A DNA stretch of 64,000 nucleotides from Candidatus Omnitrophota bacterium (GTDB taxonomy: Bacteria > Omnitrophota > Gorgyraeia > Zapsychrales > Fredricksoniimonadaceae), in assembly GCA_903836515.1 (NCBI GenBank), contig CAILQW010000038.1:8942-72941 (forward strand), read 5' to 3'. Both the position numbers and the translations under genes were made by a program. Under the pieces are notes generated by a model. That model ran no database searches, was not told the DNA's origin, and was given only the letters and a program-made list of their open reading frames with translations. Position 1 is the stretch's first letter. Each line of letters opens with the position of its first letter. This document shows, piece after piece, positions 28,438 through 37,648 of the stretch.

Positions 28438-29208
28438 ATGGCCATTGTTATCATGATCAAGAACGGGTTGGCGTCCCTGGGGCGCGGGGCGCTCTTTTTC
28501 ATGGAAGCAGGCGGCTGCGTCCTTAAGGGAAGGGTTCGCTGGGGGGGCGTTTTTCAGCAGATATTCGACCAGGGGGTGCGATCCCTGGTTATTGTGATGC
28601 TGGTGTCTTTTGCGTCCGGTGCGGTCCTGGCCCTGCAGGGTCAGGTTATGATGGCGCGTTTTGGCGCCAAGGAATTCATCGCTCAGCTCGTCGCGCTTTC
28701 GCTGGTCAGGGAGTTAAGCCCGGTCTTTACCGCGCTGGTGTTTTCGGGAAAGTCCGGGGCCGGGATAGCGGCGGAACTGGGAACCATGAGCGTTAACAGC
28801 CAGATCCAGGCAACGCGTACACTGGGGGTCGACCCGGTGGAATTCCTCGTGGTCCCGCGGATGCTGGCATGCCTTGTGGTGCTGCCGATCCTGGTCGTTG
28901 TTTCCGAGCTGGTGGGGATCATGGGCGGATATATCGTGGCGGTGCACGAGGCGAATATCCCCCCTGTTTATTATGTGAACCAGACCATCCAGTGCATCGG
29001 GTTCGTCGATTTTTTCTGCGGGTTCGTCAAGGTTTTCTTCTTTGCCGTCCTGATCGGATGGATATGCTGTTATAAGGGGTTTTTTACATCGGGCGGATCC
29101 ATGGGCGTGGGCCGTTACACGACCGCAGCGGTGGCGATGTGTTATGTCGGGATCATTGTTTCCAATACGCTCTTGACCAAGATCATCCTGACCTTCTGGG
29201 GGAACTGA
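28438..29208 (+). CDS. mlaE: MlaE-family ABC permease
   Basis: MlaE motifs (ELSPVFTALVFSGKSGAG, LGVDPVEFLVVPR). M73 of ORF 28222. Confidence 0.8.
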   Translation: MAIVIMIKNGLASLGRGALFFMEAGGCVLKGRVRWGGVFQQIFDQGVRSLVIVMLVSFASGAVLALQGQVMMARFGAKEFIAQLVALSLVRELSPVFTALVFSGKSGAGIAAELGTMSVNSQIQATRTLGVDPVEFLVVPRMLACLVVLPILVVVSELVGIMGGYIVAVHEANIPPVYYVNQTIQCIGFVDFFCGFVKVFFFAVLIGWICCYKGFFTSGGSMGVGRYTTAAVAMCYVGIIVSNTLLTKIILTFWGN

Positions 29209-29528
29209 TGAAGATGATGCCTGTATTATTGGTGGTGTGTGCCGTGGCGGTGGCCGGTTGTTCCCTGCCCAAGCGGGGGGACGAGATTCCTGTCATGATC
29301 GCCGCCCAGTTGACCGAGCCGGAGTGGATCCGTAACGGAGAGCCGGTTGTGGTTGAGGCCGAGGAATGGTACCCGACAGACGAGGTGGAGAATTTTCTGC
29401 CTGCCGAGGTTTACGAAGCCGGGGTTTTCCGGGATGTGCCCTTTTATGTTGAAAAGACAGATATCCGTCCTTTCGAGCGGCTGTATACGCGGTTTGCCCC
29501 CAACCGTTACCGTGCGTTTGAACAATGA
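29208..29528 (+). CDS. Small lipoprotein of unknown function embedded in the mla cluster
   Basis: MKMMPVLLVVCAVAVAGCS lipobox. ATG overlaps the mlaE stop (TGATG). Confidence 0.45.
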   Translation: MKMMPVLLVVCAVAVAGCSLPKRGDEIPVMIAAQLTEPEWIRNGEPVVVEAEEWYPTDEVENFLPAEVYEAGVFRDVPFYVEKTDIRPFERLYTRFAPNRYRAFEQ

Positions 29529-30241
29529 TCCGGGTGCGCGGGCTTTCCAAGGCGTTCAACGGCCAGAAGGTTCTTGACGGCCTGGACCTGGATGTGGCGG
29601 CGGGCGAGATCCTGGCCGTCATGGGGCCCAGCGGGACGGGAAAAAGCGTTCTACTGCTCCAGCTGATCGGGCTGATGCCGCCCGACGAGGGCGATATCGA
29701 GATCGCCGGCGTTGTCGTCACGGATCTGGCGGAACGGGAGCTTTTGAAATTCCGCCGCCAGGTGGGGTATCTTTTTCAGGACAGCGCTTTGTATGATTTC
29801 ATGACCGTGGAAGAGAATGTCGGATTTCCGCTCAGGGAGCACACGCCGGCCCGGCCTGTTGAGATCAAAGAGAGGGTCAATGAACTGCTCAAGATGGTCG
29901 ATATGGCGGGGGCGGGCGGGAAATACCCTTCGGAGCTCTCCGGCGGGATGAGAAAACGCGCCGCGCTGGCACGGGCGCTGGCGTTAGGGTCAAAGGTTCT
30001 TTTGTGCGATGAGCCGACATCGGGGCTTGATCCCATCCGCAGCCGGGATATTTCTTTGCTGATCCGGGAGTTGTCGCGCAAGCTGGGCTGCACGACGCTC
30101 ATTACAACACATGATGTGCGCAATGCCTTCCGTACGGCGGACCGGGCCCTTGTCCTCAACCAGGGCCGTGCGGCCGCCTGCGGGCCGGAAAACGTGTTAA
30201 GGGCGTCGACAGATCCGTTTGTCATGGAATTTCTGGAGTGA
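29525..30241 (+). CDS. mlaF: MlaF-type ABC transporter ATP-binding protein
   Basis: Walker A GPSGTGKS, signature LSGGMRKR, Walker B. Confidence 0.85.
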   Translation: MIRVRGLSKAFNGQKVLDGLDLDVAAGEILAVMGPSGTGKSVLLLQLIGLMPPDEGDIEIAGVVVTDLAERELLKFRRQVGYLFQDSALYDFMTVEENVGFPLREHTPARPVEIKERVNELLKMVDMAGAGGKYPSELSGGMRKRAALARALALGSKVLLCDEPTSGLDPIRSRDISLLIRELSRKLGCTTLITTHDVRNAFRTADRALVLNQGRAAACGPENVLRASTDPFVMEFLE

Positions 30242-30244
30242 ATC

Positions 30245-30838
30245 ATGCTGAAAGATGATGCGATGAAACAGTTTTGGGCCGGGATGTTTTTTTTCCTGGG
30301 GATGGGGCTGGTGGCCGGTGTTATTGTCTTTATTGGCATCAATAAAGGGATGGCAGAGCCGAAGTTCACCTTGCAGGTCCTGTTTGACAAAGTGGGGGGG
30401 CTCACGGAGGGCGCGCCGGTCAGGCTTTCGGGGGTGACGGTGGGCCGGGTTGACCGGATCGCGTTCATCAGCGACGATCTTGACGGGCGCGGTATAGATG
30501 TGGCGCTGGATATTTACAGGAAGTTTGAGCCGCAGGTCCGCCGTTCGACGCGGGTCTCGGTGCAGACCGAGGGTGTCCTGGGCGCCAAATATGTCGAGAT
30601 CAGCCGGCGGGTGAACGAGACGGTCCTGGATGTGGCCAAGCCTGTGCCGGGTGAAGCGATGCTGGATGTCTATGATATCGCGGAAGTCCTGCGCGATACG
30701 GCCCAGGGGTTCAACCGGACCACCCGGGATATCAGCGCGATCATGGCCGAATTGAAATATATGTCGCGCAAGACCAAGCGTATCCTGGACCGCGTCGAAC
30801 GGCGCGTGATCGACGGAACGCTGATCAAGGTGTTTTAA
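30245..30838 (+). CDS. mlaD: MlaD/MCE-domain protein
   Basis: N-terminal TM + MCE domain (LSGVTVGRVDRI). Confidence 0.75.
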   Translation: MLKDDAMKQFWAGMFFFLGMGLVAGVIVFIGINKGMAEPKFTLQVLFDKVGGLTEGAPVRLSGVTVGRVDRIAFISDDLDGRGIDVALDIYRKFEPQVRRSTRVSVQTEGVLGAKYVEISRRVNETVLDVAKPVPGEAMLDVYDIAEVLRDTAQGFNRTTRDISAIMAELKYMSRKTKRILDRVERRVIDGTLIKVF

Positions 30839-30862
30839 ACGTTCATCCAAGGAGTGTGTGGT

Positions 30863-31897
30863 ATGGGGATTGATCTTGCCCATGTGTCGCCCTGGGTTGC
30901 GGCGCCGGCTGTGTTTTTGGTCTGGGTGCTTGTTTTCTTTACGGTCAAGAAGGCAACGTTTGCCATCGCCAGGAAATTTGCGTCGAGCACGCAGACAAAG
31001 ATCGACGATATCCTTTTTGCTGCCCTGGATATCCCCTTGCAGCTGATGATCTGCGCGACCGGCGTTTTGGTGGTCCAGAATTTCATCCCCAGGGGGGATG
31101 TGGATATCAGCCGGTATCTGCTGGGAGGGTTTAAAGCTGTTTCCATTGTGGCGGCGGCACTCTTTTTTGACAGGTTTATGCGCGGGCTTGTGATGCTCTA
31201 CGCCGGACGGATCGATATCCTGCGCACGTCCAGCGGCGTGGTCCAGGGGTTTGTCCGTGTTGTGATCATGGGGCTGGGCCTGTTGATCCTGCTCGACAGC
31301 CTGGGCGTTTCCATCACGCCGATCATCGCCTCGCTGGGGATCGGGTCGTTGGCGGTGGCCCTGGCCCTTCAGCCGACGCTGGAGAATTTCTTTTCAGGCA
31401 TCCAGCTTGTCGCCGACAAGCCCATCCAGGTTGGCCAGTTCATCCGCCTGGAGTCCGGTGAGGAAGGGACGGTGACCCGGATCGGCTGGCGCTCCACGTG
31501 GATCTGCCAGCCCAACAACAATACTGTGGTCATGCCCAACAAGCTGTTGGTCAATACGCGGGTGCTGAATTATTTCTATCCGGATCTGGAGACCGGGGTG
31601 GCGGTCCCGGTGGGGGTGCATTACGGGGCCGACCTCGACAAGGTGGAGCGGGTCACCCTGGAGGTGGCGCGTCAGGCCCAGAAAGAAAGTGCCGGAGGGG
31701 TGCCGCTCTTTGAGCCGTCCATGCGGTATAACGCGCTGGGTGATTCCAGCATCAATTTCAATGTGAGCCTCCGGGCCAGGGACTGGGCCGCGGTTCATGA
31801 GCTTCGCCATGATTTTATCAAGGCACTGGTGAAGCGTTATGCCGCGGAAGGGATCGTCATCCCTTATCCGACGCGGACCTTTATCCAGGAAAAATAA
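30863..31897 (+). CDS. MscS-family mechanosensitive channel
   Basis: 3 TM + MscS beta-domain (GTVTRIGWRSTWI). Confidence 0.8.
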   Translation: MGIDLAHVSPWVAAPAVFLVWVLVFFTVKKATFAIARKFASSTQTKIDDILFAALDIPLQLMICATGVLVVQNFIPRGDVDISRYLLGGFKAVSIVAAALFFDRFMRGLVMLYAGRIDILRTSSGVVQGFVRVVIMGLGLLILLDSLGVSITPIIASLGIGSLAVALALQPTLENFFSGIQLVADKPIQVGQFIRLESGEEGTVTRIGWRSTWICQPNNNTVVMPNKLLVNTRVLNYFYPDLETGVAVPVGVHYGADLDKVERVTLEVARQAQKESAGGVPLFEPSMRYNALGDSSINFNVSLRARDWAAVHELRHDFIKALVKRYAAEGIVIPYPTRTFIQEK

Positions 31898-31917
31898 GTT
31901 CTCACCGAAAGGATGCC

Positions 31918-32214
31918 GTGATGTTTGTTCTGTCGAATTTCTTTGCTGCACTGGCCAAGGTCGTGGATATCGTGCTGAATGTTTTTTACTGGCTGATCCT
32001 GGTCCGTGCGCTCTTAAGCTGGGTCAATCCGGACCCTTTTAATCCCATTGTGCAGTTTTTGGGGCGCGTGACGGAGCCGGTGCTGGCGCCTGTCCGCCGC
32101 CTTTTGCCGGCCATGCCCATCGACCTCTCACCGCTGGTCGTGTTCCTGGTTATCCTGTTTCTCCAGAAATTCCTGGTTCAGACGTTGTTTGACATCGGTT
32201 TTTCATTCCGTTGA
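31918..32214 (+). CDS. yggT: YggT-family membrane protein
   Basis: YWLILVRALLSWV signature. Confidence 0.75.
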   Translation: MMFVLSNFFAALAKVVDIVLNVFYWLILVRALLSWVNPDPFNPIVQFLGRVTEPVLAPVRRLLPAMPIDLSPLVVFLVILFLQKFLVQTLFDIGFSFR

Positions 32215-32290
32215 GGCATATTAAAGAAAAGTTCTCTTGCCAAAGATTATTATTTAGAGTATAAGATGAAAACGTTTAAAGGAGTGGCCC

Positions 32291-32587
32291 ATGTTTGATC
32301 AGATGAAGAAATTGATGGAATTGAAGAAACAGGCGGACATGCTCAAGAAAGAGCTTGAAAAGCTTGTGATCGATTACAATGAAGTACGCGGGATCAAGAT
32401 CAAGTTGAACGGCGCCCAGATCTTTCAGACCATCGAGCTTGAGGACAGCTGGCTTGATCCGGCCCAGAAGGCCCGTTTTCAGACAGAGCTGATCAAGGCG
32501 GTCAATATGGCTATCCGCAAGTCCCAAAAGGAAGCGGCGGCCCAGATGCAGAAAATGCCCGGACTTAATATCCCGGGCTTGTCTTAA
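32291..32587 (+). CDS. ybaB: YbaB/EbfC nucleoid-associated protein
   Basis: MMKKLMELKKQ..., typical 98-aa YbaB. Confidence 0.85.
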   Translation: MFDQMKKLMELKKQADMLKKELEKLVIDYNEVRGIKIKLNGAQIFQTIELEDSWLDPAQKARFQTELIKAVNMAIRKSQKEAAAQMQKMPGLNIPGLS

Positions 32588-32602
32588 CACAGGAGGGGTT
32601 TC

Positions 32603-32836
32603 ATGCCTTACGACAAGTCGCTCGATGTTGAAGTGTTCAAAGAGGTCAAGGAGTTTGACGGGTCACGCATCAGTGTCGGCGTGTTCTCGTATAATGGCGG
32701 GGAGAAGAAACTCCAGCTCGGCCGTGAGAATCAGGATGCGTCAGGTGAATGGCGTTTCAGCAAGCTCGGGCGCATGACCAAGGATGAAGTTCAGGCCGTT
32801 GTCCCTGTCATGATGAAGGCCGTTGAGAGTATGTGA
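32603..32836 (+). CDS. PC4-like/YdbC-family small ssDNA-binding-fold protein (tentative)
   Basis: Pattern ISVGVFSYNGGEKKLQLGR...GEWRF resembles Lactococcus YdbC/PC4-like proteins. 77 aa. Confidence 0.45.
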   Translation: MPYDKSLDVEVFKEVKEFDGSRISVGVFSYNGGEKKLQLGRENQDASGEWRFSKLGRMTKDEVQAVVPVMMKAVESM

Positions 32837-32894
32837 TCTGATGAAAGGAGCAGGGTTCCGTCGGGTTGATACCTAAGGACGGAGCTGGTGTGTT

Positions 32895-33368
32895 ATGGCC
32901 GGACAAGTATATTTGACCAGAGAAGGTTATCAGAAACTCCTGGAACAGCTCGAGTTCCTGAAGACCACGGAACGCCAGCGTATCGCCAAAGCCATTGGTG
33001 AGGCGCGGGCGCAGGGTGATATTTCCGAGAACGCGGAATATGATGCGGCCAAGGACGCGCAGGCGCATAACGAGGCGCGTATCGCCCAGCTCGAGGGGAC
33101 GCTGACCAACGTCGCTTTCATTGAAGACATGAACATCCCTTCCGACAAGATCTTTATTGGCGCGACAGCCGTACTGAGAGATCTTGATCTGAAGAAAGAA
33201 ATAACCTATACGCTTGTTTCTCCCGAGGAAGCGGAGTTCGGGGCTAATCGCATCTCCGTGTTTTCTCCCATCGGCAAAGGGCTTTTGACCCATCAGTCCG
33301 GGGATGAGGTTTCTATCACAGTCCCGGCGGGGATCAAGCGTTTCAAGGTCTTGAGTATCACGCGGTAG
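32895..33368 (+). CDS. greA: Transcription elongation factor GreA
   Basis: GDISENAEYDAAKD acidic finger tip plus a C-terminal FKBP-like domain. Confidence 0.9.
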   Translation: MAGQVYLTREGYQKLLEQLEFLKTTERQRIAKAIGEARAQGDISENAEYDAAKDAQAHNEARIAQLEGTLTNVAFIEDMNIPSDKIFIGATAVLRDLDLKKEITYTLVSPEEAEFGANRISVFSPIGKGLLTHQSGDEVSITVPAGIKRFKVLSITR

Positions 33369-33391
33369 GGCAGGGATATTTTGATGGGGCG

Positions 33392-33431
33392 CAACCCCCG
33401 TTCCTCAACAAGGAGCGGGGGTTTTATTTTT
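33392..33431 (+). terminator. Terminator after greA (CAACCCCCG-15 nt loop-CGGGGGTT + TTTTATTTTT). It abuts the convergent gene stop at 33424.
   Basis: 8-bp GC stem followed by a T-run. Confidence 0.55.
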
Positions 33432-34758
33432 CGTGCGCCAGGAAAGCCCAGAGCATGGCCGCGGGGATGAGCGCAAAGACGATACGGTTGAGGCTCGAAT
33501 CAAGCCACCAGGTGATGTCGTAAGCCGTATTGATGGCATACGTGGCGGTGCACAGGATCAGGTAAAGACTCAGCACCGCAGGGATGAGGCGCAGGCCGGG
33601 GCGCAGGCATGGCCTGATTCCGGCACAGGCAAGGATGGCGCCGATGCCTATCCATAAACCATTCCATTTGAAGCTGACGATTTCGCGCAGCAGCATGACC
33701 AGGACCGTGGCCAGACGCGCGCATGTCGCGGGGTGTTCCTGGGACGTGAGCCCGTTGATGAAAATATGGTTGTTGGCGGGTGCGTAACGCGTTATAAAAA
33801 TGACCAGCGGCAGAGCCCCCAGCGCGGTTGAGGCCGTGAGGACCGCGATCGCCCGGCGTCTGGAGACGTGTGTGTCTTTGGGGCTGATGATCAGCCCGCA
33901 GGCGCAGGCCAGCGTGAGTCCTCCCAGCGCGGTCCCGTCAACTTTGGTAAAAGCCATCAAGCCCAGGAAAAACCCCATCGGCAGGAGAAAGCGGCTTGCC
34001 TTTCTTGTTTGGAAGAGGATGAACATGATCATGGCGGCGAGGAGGAAAAGGCCGACGAGCAGGTCACTGTATTGGCTGGCTGAAAGCTGGACGATGAACA
34101 TGTTGGTGAAGATCCACAGCGGGGCCAGGATCATCCATGGGTTTTGTGTGAGTTCCCTGAGGCCGCTGTAGAGCAGGCCGGCGGTCAGCCATGGAATGAT
34201 GCAGGTCATGGCCGCGGGGACCGCGTACGTTGCGGTGCTGCTAAAACACCAGAACCAGACGTTGATGAGCGGCAGTAAAAAAGGATAGGATGTCTGGACG
34301 CGCCATAAGGCGGGGTCAAACATATGGCTCCAGGCGCTTCCGCCCAGGAACAGGAACCTGGCCTTGGTATTCCAGAAGCCCCAGGCATCCCAGCCGCCGT
34401 TGGGGTAGAGCCGGCTGAAGATCAGCATCGGAATGATCAGGGCGGTGATGGCCCCCAGGGCCAGGATGTCTTTCAGGCGTATGGCTCGTACCAGCGACAG
34501 GATGTCCTGAAGCCCCGATTTGCCCAGCACGACGCCAAGCCCTGTCAGCACCGCCAGGTGAAGCAGGATGACAAAGGCGGGGTTGAGCCGGTTTAACAGG
34601 AAGAAGCTCGTCAGGGTGAAGAACCCGCTCAGGCCCAGGCCCAGGGTGGCGCTGAGAAAGAAGACCAGCAGAGGCCCTGGAACTTTGTCCTTCAGCACGG
34701 CCTTGAGGGTCAGCAGGCCCAGGGTGAAGGAAATAAGCCCGGGGATGATGTAGATCAT
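33424..34758 (-). CDS. Polytopic (~12 TM) membrane protein, possibly a GT-C-fold glycosyltransferase or polymerase-like protein
   Basis: 444 aa, highly hydrophobic with periodic loops. No confidently recognised catalytic motif. Confidence 0.4.
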   Translation of the reverse strand: MIYIIPGLISFTLGLLTLKAVLKDKVPGPLLVFFLSATLGLGLSGFFTLTSFFLLNRLNPAFVILLHLAVLTGLGVVLGKSGLQDILSLVRAIRLKDILALGAITALIIPMLIFSRLYPNGGWDAWGFWNTKARFLFLGGSAWSHMFDPALWRVQTSYPFLLPLINVWFWCFSSTATYAVPAAMTCIIPWLTAGLLYSGLRELTQNPWMILAPLWIFTNMFIVQLSASQYSDLLVGLFLLAAMIMFILFQTRKASRFLLPMGFFLGLMAFTKVDGTALGGLTLACACGLIISPKDTHVSRRRAIAVLTASTALGALPLVIFITRYAPANNHIFINGLTSQEHPATCARLATVLVMLLREIVSFKWNGLWIGIGAILACAGIRPCLRPGLRLIPAVLSLYLILCTATYAINTAYDITWWLDSSLNRIVFALIPAAMLWAFLAHEK

Positions 34759-35198
34759 GGCGTGAACTCCGGGCGTTCGATGAGGAAGATGCCGTAGGGT
34801 GTTGCGGCGACGGGCCTGGCTCCCATGGCCTTGAATTTGGCGATAGCGCGGGGGATATCCGCACAGTTGACGATGACAAAGCGGCGGTTGATATTTTCCG
34901 GATCGAGGATCAGGGGCGCGAGGGTGTTCTGGGCCTGCAGGAGTTCCAGGAGCGGCCGGGTGTCGTCAATATTGCGGTCAGTGTAATAGCCGGCATAGGC
35001 CTGGCCCTTGAGCCACGGGGCCAGGCTTTCAAATTTTTGTCCGGCGAAAGCAAAGGCAGCGGGGTGTTTGAGGGGCCAGATCCTGGCGAGGGTCATGGTC
35101 GTTTGCACGGTCTGGCCTGCGATCATCAGCGCGATGAGGGCGCCGAGGATCTTGTGGCGCCAGGGCAGGTTGATGGGGTTGGTAATAGTATGGGTCAT
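34755..35198 (-). CDS. Hypothetical membrane-anchored protein, translationally coupled to the downstream polytopic membrane protein
   Basis: ATGA overlap at 34755-34758. Single N-terminal TM. Confidence 0.35.
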   Translation of the reverse strand: MTHTITNPINLPWRHKILGALIALMIAGQTVQTTMTLARIWPLKHPAAFAFAGQKFESLAPWLKGQAYAGYYTDRNIDDTRPLLELLQAQNTLAPLILDPENINRRFVIVNCADIPRAIAKFKAMGARPVAATPYGIFLIERPEFTP

Positions 35199-35351
35199 AT
35201 TGTCCAGATGGCAACATTGTAGGAATCCGGCGGGCGGATTGCAAATGAAATTCTTGCTGAAAATGCGCGCGCCGATGGGCCGTTGGGAATTAATCTGAAA
35301 TAAAATGTTTGTGAGCGGTGCATTACCTTATATAATAAGTAATTATTTTTT

Positions 35352-36413
35352 ATGCGAACGCCCCTGGAGGGGCGCTTGGGCGTTATCAGGGAGGGTTGCG
35401 TGATATCAGTCGGTGTCATTGGGTGCGGCCACTGGGGCCCCAACCATGTCCGTGTTTTTTCCCAGCTGGCAGATTCATGTTGCCTCATGTGCGCGGATGT
35501 CGACGAAGGCCGTCTGAAGGCCGTGGCGGCCATGTTCCCCTCGATCAAGGCGGTGAAGGATTACCGCGCTATCCTGCAAGACCCGGCTGTGGACGCGGTC
35601 TGTATCGCGGTTCCCACGCGAGCGCACTACGCTGTGGCCAGGGAAGCGCTCGCCGCCGGGAAACATGTGCTGTGTGAAAAACCGCTGGCCATGACCCCTG
35701 AGGAGTGCGCGGCACTTGAGGCCCTGGCGCTCAAGGCGGGACGTATCCTCATGGTCGGGCATGTCTTTGTTTTCAATGCCGGCATCCGCTGGATGAAGGC
35801 CTGCATCGATTCCGGCGAGATCGGGCGCATTTATTACGCGCATTCCGAACGCACGAACCTGGGGCCTTTCCGTTATGATGTCAATGCGCTCTGGGACCTG
35901 GCGCCGCACGATATTGCTATTTTCGATTTCCTGTTCTCGGGAGCGGCCCTCAGCACGTCGGCGCGGGGCCTGAAATGTTTGGGTAACTCCCTGGAGGACC
36001 TGGCCTTTGCCACGCTCGATTATCCGGAGGGGAAACTGGCGAATTTGCATGTCAGCTGGGCCGATCCGCGCAAGGTCCGCCAGATCACCATTGTGGGTGA
36101 AAAGAAAATGCTGGTATGGGATGACCTGGACCCCATGGGAGCGGTGAAGGTCTATGACAAGTCGGTTGAGCGCACATCGAAGTATTATGAATCCTACGGC
36201 GAGTTTCAGCTGTTGTCGCGGGAGGGCAGTATCATTATCCCCAAGATCAGCCTGGCCGAGCCGTTGAAGGCGCAGGGGCAGTATTTCATTGAATGCATCC
36301 AGAGCGGCCGTCCGCCCGTACTGGCGGATGCCCGGCGGGGTGCCCAGGTGGTGCGCACGCTGGCGGCGATCCAGCGCTCGATGGACCAGAACGGAAGCCT
36401 CGTCGGGGTCTAG
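35352..36413 (+). CDS. Gfo/Idh/MocA-family NAD-dependent sugar oxidoreductase (UDP-GlcNAc(A) 3-dehydrogenase WbpB-like)
   Basis: GVIGCGHWG Rossmann motif, EKP motif (HVLCEKPLA), and C-terminal alpha/beta domain. Confidence 0.75.
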   Translation: MRTPLEGRLGVIREGCVISVGVIGCGHWGPNHVRVFSQLADSCCLMCADVDEGRLKAVAAMFPSIKAVKDYRAILQDPAVDAVCIAVPTRAHYAVAREALAAGKHVLCEKPLAMTPEECAALEALALKAGRILMVGHVFVFNAGIRWMKACIDSGEIGRIYYAHSERTNLGPFRYDVNALWDLAPHDIAIFDFLFSGAALSTSARGLKCLGNSLEDLAFATLDYPEGKLANLHVSWADPRKVRQITIVGEKKMLVWDDLDPMGAVKVYDKSVERTSKYYESYGEFQLLSREGSIIIPKISLAEPLKAQGQYFIECIQSGRPPVLADARRGAQVVRTLAAIQRSMDQNGSLVGV

Positions 36414-36414
36414 C

Positions 36415-36924
36415 ATGAATTATTTCAGGCATGAAACAGCGTTGGTGAGCCCGCAGGCGCGTATCGGCGATGCTACAAAGGTCTGGGCGTATTGCAATAT
36501 TCAGTCCGGGGCGGTGATCGGGCGCAACTGCAATATCGGGGACCGGTGTTTTATTGAGGGCGGCGTTGTCGTTGGCGATAATGTGACCATCAAGAACGGT
36601 GTTTCTATTTTCCAGGGTGTTGTCCTGGAAGACGATGTTTTTGTCGGCCCCGGCGTTGTTTTTACCAATGACCGGTACCCGCGCAGCCATTCCACGGACT
36701 GGCAGATGGAGACGACGCTTGTAAAAAGGGGCGCGTCCCTGGGCGGGAATGCAACGTTGCTGTGCGGCCTGACGATCGGTGAACACGCCGTGGTGGGCGC
36801 AGGCGCTGTCATTGCCAGGGATGTTCCGGCACACGCGATCATGGTCGGCAATCCCGCGCGGCAGGTCGGTACGGCCGCAGACGACGGGCGGCCCTGCCGG
36901 AAAGAGGGCGGGGATCATGCCTAG
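36415..36924 (+). CDS. Left-handed beta-helix (hexapeptide) sugar N-acetyltransferase (WbpD/PglD-like)
   Basis: Hexapeptide repeats (IGDNVTIKNGVSIFQGVVLEDDVFVGPGVVF). M43 of ORF 36289. Confidence 0.75.
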   Translation: MNYFRHETALVSPQARIGDATKVWAYCNIQSGAVIGRNCNIGDRCFIEGGVVVGDNVTIKNGVSIFQGVVLEDDVFVGPGVVFTNDRYPRSHSTDWQMETTLVKRGASLGGNATLLCGLTIGEHAVVGAGAVIARDVPAHAIMVGNPARQVGTAADDGRPCRKEGGDHA

Positions 36925-37648
36925 GATTTTGGTGGTGCCGGTGGCGTTCAACGAGTGCGCCAAGATCAGGAATGTCATGGGACGGTTCCTCAAGAGCCCT
37001 GCGCGTGCCATGGCCGATTATCTTGTGGTGGACGATTGTTCCACCGACGGGACAACCGAGGCGGTTGCGGCGTTTGCTTCCTGCGGTGTGGCCACGATCC
37101 GGCATGGGCGCCGGCGCGGCGTGGGGGCGGCCATCCGCACGGCGGTCCATTATGCCCGGGACAATGGGTATGATGTGATCGTCATCATGGCGGGCAACGA
37201 CAAGGATGACCCCGGCGATATCCCGGCGGTGCTGCGCCCGGTCCTTGAAGGCGGTTTTGATTTTGTGCAGGGGTCGCGTTATCTGGGCCGTTGCGGCGCC
37301 GGCGGGGATATGCCCTTTTACCGCAAGGTTGCCACACGCCTGCATCCCTGGCTGATGTCGCTGTTCACCGGGCGGCGCGTGACCGACAGCACTAACGGTT
37401 TTCGCGCGTTCCGCCTGAGCCTGGCGCGCGATCCGCGGATCAACCTTGACCAGGACTGGCTGGATGCCTACGAGCTGGAGCCGTATCTGATGTTCAAGGC
37501 GATCCGCCTGGGGTACAGGTTCACGGAAGTTTTTGTCACCAAGATTTATCCGCCCAGGAAGATGGGATATACCAAGATGACCCCGTTTGTGGGGTGGTGG
37601 AGTATTTTAAAACCTTTATTTTATCTAGGACTGGGGATCAGAAAATGA
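36917..37648 (+). CDS. GT2-family polyprenyl-phosphate glycosyltransferase (DPM1/GtrB/ArnC-like, soluble form)
   Basis: VVDDCSTDGT, DxD-like DKDD, and QGSRY motifs. Confidence 0.75.
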   Translation: MPRILVVPVAFNECAKIRNVMGRFLKSPARAMADYLVVDDCSTDGTTEAVAAFASCGVATIRHGRRRGVGAAIRTAVHYARDNGYDVIVIMAGNDKDDPGDIPAVLRPVLEGGFDFVQGSRYLGRCGAGGDMPFYRKVATRLHPWLMSLFTGRRVTDSTNGFRAFRLSLARDPRINLDQDWLDAYELEPYLMFKAIRLGYRFTEVFVTKIYPPRKMGYTKMTPFVGWWSILKPLFYLGLGIRK

